A stretch of DNA of 63,493 nucleotides, counting the filler, from Chiloscyllium plagiosum (Eukaryota): the NCBI RefSeq assembly GCF_004010195.1. It is 6 parts of 6 records of this genome, joined end to end, with 100 filler letters (N's around TTAATTAATTAA, not from the genome) between each part and the next. Parts side by side here need not be neighbours in the genome. Positions count along the whole stretch, not along the records: positions 61,670 to 63,493 come from NW_025172007.1; 5 more parts are not named here. One strand, written 5' to 3'. Below are positions 63,079 through 63,493 of this stretch, piece after piece. Made by a program: the position numbers and the translations under genes. The first letter of the stretch is position 1, and every line of letters begins with the position of its first letter. The notes under the pieces were generated by a model. It made no database searches. It was given only the letters and a program-made list of their open reading frames with translations, and was not told where the DNA came from.

Positions 63079-63387
63079 AAGATACCGAGTGCCACCCTAA
63101 CACCGTTAAAATCCTCCCACCGGCAGTAGAACAAATCTTACTGGAGGCGACGGTGACGTTAACCTGCGTTGTGTCCAATCTTCCTTCTGGAGTCAATGTG
63201 ACCTGGAAACAAGAAAAGAAGCCTCTGAAATCAGAGATTGCTGAGCAGCCTGGACAGAATCCCGACAGCGTGATCAGCAAATTAGACATTACTACTGAAG
63301 CCTGGCTGAGTGGCGTTACTTTTGAATGTGTGGTGTACCATCAGAATCTACCGACTCCGCTGAGAGACTCTATCCACAAGGAGAAAG
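63079..63387 (+). CDS. IGHM: IgM C-mu3 exon, intact
   Basis: tttcatAG acceptor, then [34 protein letters not shown]...WKQ...[30 protein letters not shown], then a GTGAG donor; 309 nt, phase 1-1. Confidence 0.95.
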
Positions 63388-63493
63388 GTGAGCGGTGAGA
63401 TTAAAGCACAAAGGATCCCATGTGATATCCAGATCCAGTTACATCAATGACAGGCTTTTATTGGTAATGAACCAACACCGTTGGGGGCATTAA

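Overview
Shark (elasmobranch) genomic DNA, not prokaryotic. Five identical 100-nt linkers (44 N + TTAATTAATTAA + 44 N) split the window into six joined pieces, so adjacency across a linker is not shown by the sequence. Piece A (1-30385) holds two head-to-tail IgM heavy-chain miniloci (L-VH-D1-D2-JH, minus strand) about 22.3 kb apart. The right-hand one is a pseudogene: stop codon in V, deleted D2 RSS, WEQG in J, and a frameshifted C-mu1 with no visible C-mu2 to TM exons. The left-hand one has open frames but several weak RSS. Piece B (30486-47387) holds the last three exons (TM and two cytoplasmic) of an MHC class II beta-type gene. Piece C is a partial C-mu2 exon. Piece D is a partial kappa (NS4/type III) C exon with a 1-nt frameshift. 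Piece E is an intact, unrearranged kappa L-V-J with perfect RSS. Piece F is a C-mu3 exon. The rest is CR1-type LINEs, tRNA-derived V-SINEs (HE1-like) and Penelope-like elements carrying minimal hammerhead ribozyme motifs and fold-back structures. No new system can be proven from sequence alone. The best leads are the close tandem IgM pair, a sense-strand G-rich 32-bp tandem array and an E-box/RUNX cluster in the J-C intron, fold-back Penelope mini-elements that invert at the ribozyme, and the unverified co-scaffolding of MHC II beta with IgH and Ig kappa. Family assignments come from recalled motifs, not from database searches.
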